Of a stretch of 64,000 nucleotides of DNA, positions 60,701 to 64,000 are shown piece by piece. The translations under genes were made by a program, and so were the position numbers. Under the pieces are notes generated by a model. The model was not told the DNA's origin. It saw only the letters and a list, made by a program, of their open reading frames with translations, and made no database searches. The stretch's first letter is position 1; each line of letters begins with the position of its first letter. This stretch comes from Gekko japonicus (taxonomy: Eukaryota). Where the stretch lies: contig NW_015164666.1 of the NCBI RefSeq assembly GCF_001447785.1, positions 1,413,971 to 1,477,970 on the forward strand, given 5' to 3'.

Positions 60701-62742
60701 AGTGAGCTTCCTCAGAAGCCTGATTTAAAGTAACTAGGAGTCATCCTTAACAGCCACTGCTGATTAGGAGTTGTCTTGTTCTGGGATATGTATGGATACG
60801 GTAGAAAAATGTCTCTTTCTCTGATCTGCCAAAACAGAAATAAAAATTGTATGGACCTCAAGATCTGGTATAGGCATGTGATTCTTATAATCCTTGTTAC
60901 TTGTAGTACTGCTAAAGTACACTGAGTGTGGTTCTTCCAGATTTTGTGACAATTTGTCAGCCCGGAGATCAGACACCCATCAGAGTTTTTAGGTATTCTA
61001 GCATACTTGTACCATTTAACCTCAAGATATGTGCAATTTAGTTTTCCAGGCAAGAGTTTTGGTTCAGTGAATAGTAATAGGAAATATGGACTTCAGCTGT
61101 CTGGCATATATTTTGTGATCCATGTTAAGTATCATAAGAGGGTTTTGCACTTTATTGGATCTCCCTGTGTAATATCTGACAGGCTCATTTATTAATGTAT
61201 TCATGATTTCTTAATGTGTAATGCTAAGTCTCAGTGATAATAACTTGATTGTTTCCTGAAGTGAGTGAACTGTTTGATTAGCTGTACAAAACTGTGTGAT
61301 TCAGGTTCTGAAGCCCAGGATGGATATTTGCTCAGATGTGTTTTTTTTTGTTGGTTTTTTTTGGGACTTTGCTGTTTCCTAAATAAATTGACATTGTATT
61401 ATTACACATTAGCTATTGGCTTCAAGTAGAGGGTCTTTTGCTGACATTTTATCACTCTTACTTGTATATACTTATGGAGCTTAAAGCCCACACCTTATTT
61501 GAAGCCCTTTGTAGAAGTCCTGATTTATGGTTTCTGTAATCAATCTATTATGTTTGCAGTCTGTCTAATATAGTTTCCAATGCATTTACTCAGAAACAAG
61601 TGCTACTGATCTTACTGAAACTTACTTCCAAATATGCTGTATTGCTTTCAAGTCTGAATGAGAGAGATTGCTCTTAAAAGTCCATTATATGCAGTAAATA
61701 AAAGGTTATGGTGTCACTTATTGCACTCTGGTGTCCAAAATATATTACAGTCTATCTTGTTCACAATCAACCATGGCTGAAGGAAAGATTCAAAGCCTGT
61801 CTATTATCCAATTAGGCCACGCTGATTCCATGAGCTTTGCAGAGTTCCACAGTACCATGGTGTCTGGAATTTTCTTTGTTGTTGGTAACATCTGCTAATG
61901 TAAAATGTAACAGATGTAAAGGGGCCACAGTGGCTTAGAGGTTAAGACACTGATCTGCAGACTGGAAGATCTGTAGCTTGGTAGTTCAAGACCCTAGTGC
62001 CGTGTGACAGAGTGAGCGCCTGTCTCTGGCCCCAGCTCCTGTCAACCTAGCAGTTCAAAAGCAAGAAATTGCAAGTAGATAAATAGGTACTGCTTTGGTG
62101 GGAAGGTAACAGCATTCCGTGCGCCTTGGCGGTTAGTCATGCCAGCCACATGACAACGGAAACGTCTTTGGATAGTGCTGGCTCTTTGGTTTGGAAACAG
62201 AGATGAGCACCGCCCTCTAGAGTCGGATTCGACTAGCTTTCAAGCAAGGGAAACCTTTACCTTTATCTTTAATGTGGCTTTAGTGTTTATTTGTGCTGGT
62301 TTCAATACTATTTACAAATCGTATTTATGCACTAATTTCGCAAATGCAAACTGTGGGAACATTGCATCTCCTATCATTTGGAAGTCCTATTTATTTATTG
62401 GTTTACGTTTTTATTACCACTGTGGGAGAAAAGAAACTGGATTTTATTCTGTGTATATCTACTTTGACTAGAACAACACATACAGTATAGTAAACAAATT
62501 TACCTGTTATCAGTACCTGTCTCTTCCCCACCCCCTTTTGTGTTTTTAATCAGGCATTACTGAAGTGCTCAGCCATTACTATCGAAGTGAATCTAAAGAC
62601 ATAAAGCGAGTCTGGCTTTCTATGGGAGTGGATCACTACTATTGTTCTTTAGAAGATAAAGGCTGGGGTTGTGGTTATAGGAATTTTCAGATGATGCTTT
62701 CTTCTCTCCTGAGAAACGGCACCTACCAAGACTGCTTGAAAG
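55105..62742 (+). CDS. ZUP1: ZUP1 (ZUFSP) deubiquitinase, 5' part: join(55105..55153,55676..55786,56710..56816,60515..60683,62554..62742); continues beyond window
   Basis: C2H2/UBZ finger YECPMCHLVCTDYPVLQEHVELHL; MIU-like DLELAQHIQNEE; RQYGVDGSGGYKQQ; catalytic motif DKGWGCGYRNFQM. Phases consistent. Confidence 0.93.
55676..55786 (+). CDS. ZUP1: ZUP1 exon encoding the UBZ-type zinc finger (ZnF4 equivalent)
   Basis: ccctcAG acceptor and AAG|GTAAGG donor; NDQEMYECPMCHLVCTDYPVLQEHVELHLEESSFLE. Confidence 0.92.
56710..56816 (+). CDS. ZUP1: ZUP1 exon (MIU / helical arm)
   Basis: GRNLHDLELAQHIQNEEVRQRREASRREREDFQKLQ; AG/GT bounded. Confidence 0.92.
57262..57505. repeat. Perfect 118-bp tandem duplication
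   Basis: Units start at 57262 and 57380; junction microhomology ATTAGAAA recurs at 57498. Confidence 0.95.
57670..57709 (+). ncRNA. Candidate minimal type I hammerhead ribozyme (Penelope-associated)
   Basis: GTAT-CTGAAGA-A-GTGAG-CAATGA-TTCAT-GAAA-GCTC-GTGC: both conserved boxes, a stem II and a short stem I are present. Confidence 0.55.
57753..57785. repeat. (TCTG)n microsatellite
   Basis: Seen directly. Confidence 0.95.
60515..60683 (+). CDS. ZUP1: ZUP1 exon
   Basis: RQYGVDGSGGYKQQSLKNMEKEVARGRMKPSEYHKRKADMMESLAFGIDDLKTRTS. Confidence 0.95.
61921..62270 (+). mobile_element. Sauria SINE (Squam1), full length
   Basis: Collinear with 3104-3450; (ACCTTT)n tail. Confidence 0.88.
62554..62742 (+). 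CDS. ZUP1: ZUP1 exon with catalytic cysteine (TGT 62670-62672)
   Basis: GITEVLSHYYRSESKDIKRVWLSMGVDHYYCSLEDKGWGCGYRNFQMMLSSLLRNGTYQDCLK. Confidence 0.95.
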
Positions 62743-63889
62743 GTTTGCATTTTGGTATCAATCAAATATTGCCCCATGTGCCGGCTTGTAACACACCTAG
62801 TGATGGAATGGTCTTTTGTAATGGCCTCTCTTGCAGCCTATCTCACCAAGAGGCTGTGAGTCATTGACAGAGGGCATGTTTTGCATGCTCAAGGTCCCAG
62901 ATCCAGTTCCTTATAGCTCCAGTTGAAGGATCCTGGGTAGTCAGAGTGAGGAAAGATCTTTCTTGTCCAAAGGTGAGGGAGAGTTGCTGCCAGTCAAAGG
63001 AGGCAATAACAGTGCTAGGTTTTCCATTTAAAAAAAAAAAGATTTCAGCCTACTGGGAGTTAAAAATTCAAATAGATGAATATAAGTGGAGTCCCTGAGA
63101 TGTTTTCATGTGTGCTGCACCTAACTGGCCAGAAGTATTCTATTAAAATTCATAGGAACCTGATTAACAAAACTCTTCTGGAAGTGAGCTGGTGTTATTT
63201 GCTCAATGCCCAGAATATCCTGGTGTTTCTTGAGACTTCTAAGCACTGCTGTAAGGGCTCCAGTGACAACTGGCACAATGGTAACTTTTTTCCTCCCAGT
63301 GGTGCTCTAACTCTGTTCGTAGGTCTTGGTATTTTTTGATCCTCCTCTTATTATTATTTTATGCATTTGTCTAGCATATTCCAACTATTAAAAATACTTT
63401 ACAATCAGTATGAAGTTGCCTCACAGTGAGGCCACAATTAAACTTGTTCCTGGTCTGTAACATGTTAGGTGGCAGGTGGGGCTCTTGTGACGGAATAGTC
63501 CCTCATTTGGAAAATATCCAATGTCAGGAAAAAAACTAGGCCAGAAACCTTTCCCCTGACATTCAGTTTTCTGTATGCATGCAGTATAGTGGCTTCCCCC
63601 AAAATATGAATTGGAAAGTCATATATTGCCCTAAACAGAGTGTGATCTGATTTGGCATATTTATTTTGACTAAGTAGTAAACAAAATTATAAATCGATGC
63701 GTTTCATATTGGTGTTTTATATTCCACAAAATACTTGATCTAAAAGATTTGATTAGAAAAAGCAATGAATAAAATGTGGTTTGAATGTTCATATAAATAA
63801 GTTTTATGTTGAAATCATTTTTATTGGAATTATATTTGTAAAATTTTAAAGACAATAGAAGATTGATGCCTCTTACATTACTGGTATGG

Positions 63890-63967
63890 CAATCCTATGC
63901 AGAGTTACTCCAGTCTAAGCTTGCTGGTTTCATTGGGCTTGATGTAGAGTAACTTTTCATAGGATTG
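63890..63967. mobile_element. Short hairpin MITE-like repeat
   Basis: CAATCCTATGCAGAGTTAC...GTAACTTTTCATAGGATTG; relatives at about 43372-43450, 46126-46207, 58210-58287. Confidence 0.65.
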
Positions 63968-64000
63968 CATTGCAATTTTAACATATCTCAGGAACTGTGC

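Noticed and set aside
62743-62867. ORF read-through past the ZUP1 catalytic-Cys exon
   Set aside because: Similarity to ZUP1 ends at the AAG|GTTTGC donor; the extension is intron running into a SINE.

Overview
Vertebrate genomic DNA. The repeat content (Sauria/Squam-type SINEs, BovB, Penelope fragments, abundant TAGGGTTGCCA-ended MITEs) points to a squamate, probably a gecko; this is inference. Three spliced genes were reconstructed by hand in the conserved vertebrate order. (1) FAM162B (+): three coding exons at 8923-17385, and a fourth starting at 20701 that runs into an N-gap. (2) KPNA5/importin alpha-6 (-): 14 coding exons at 46508-25963, 1620 nt = 539 aa plus stop, all GT-AG and phase-consistent. 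(3) The 5' part of ZUP1/ZUFSP (+, 55105 to beyond the window end), divergent from KPNA5, each gene with its own CpG-rich promoter. Most remaining sequence is transposon-derived, and almost all ORFs in the supplied track are spurious. I see no evidence for a wholly new multi-gene system. The best leads are: a ZUP1 gene that appears to lack the exon for zinc fingers 1-3 and has an in-frame ATG in exon 1; Penelope-borne minimal hammerhead ribozyme motifs, two with intact cores in sense orientation in introns; a near-perfect 98-nt palindrome upstream of FAM162B; and 5S rRNA-headed SINEs with RTE-like tails. Family names for repeats and comparisons to human proteins are from memory, not from searches.
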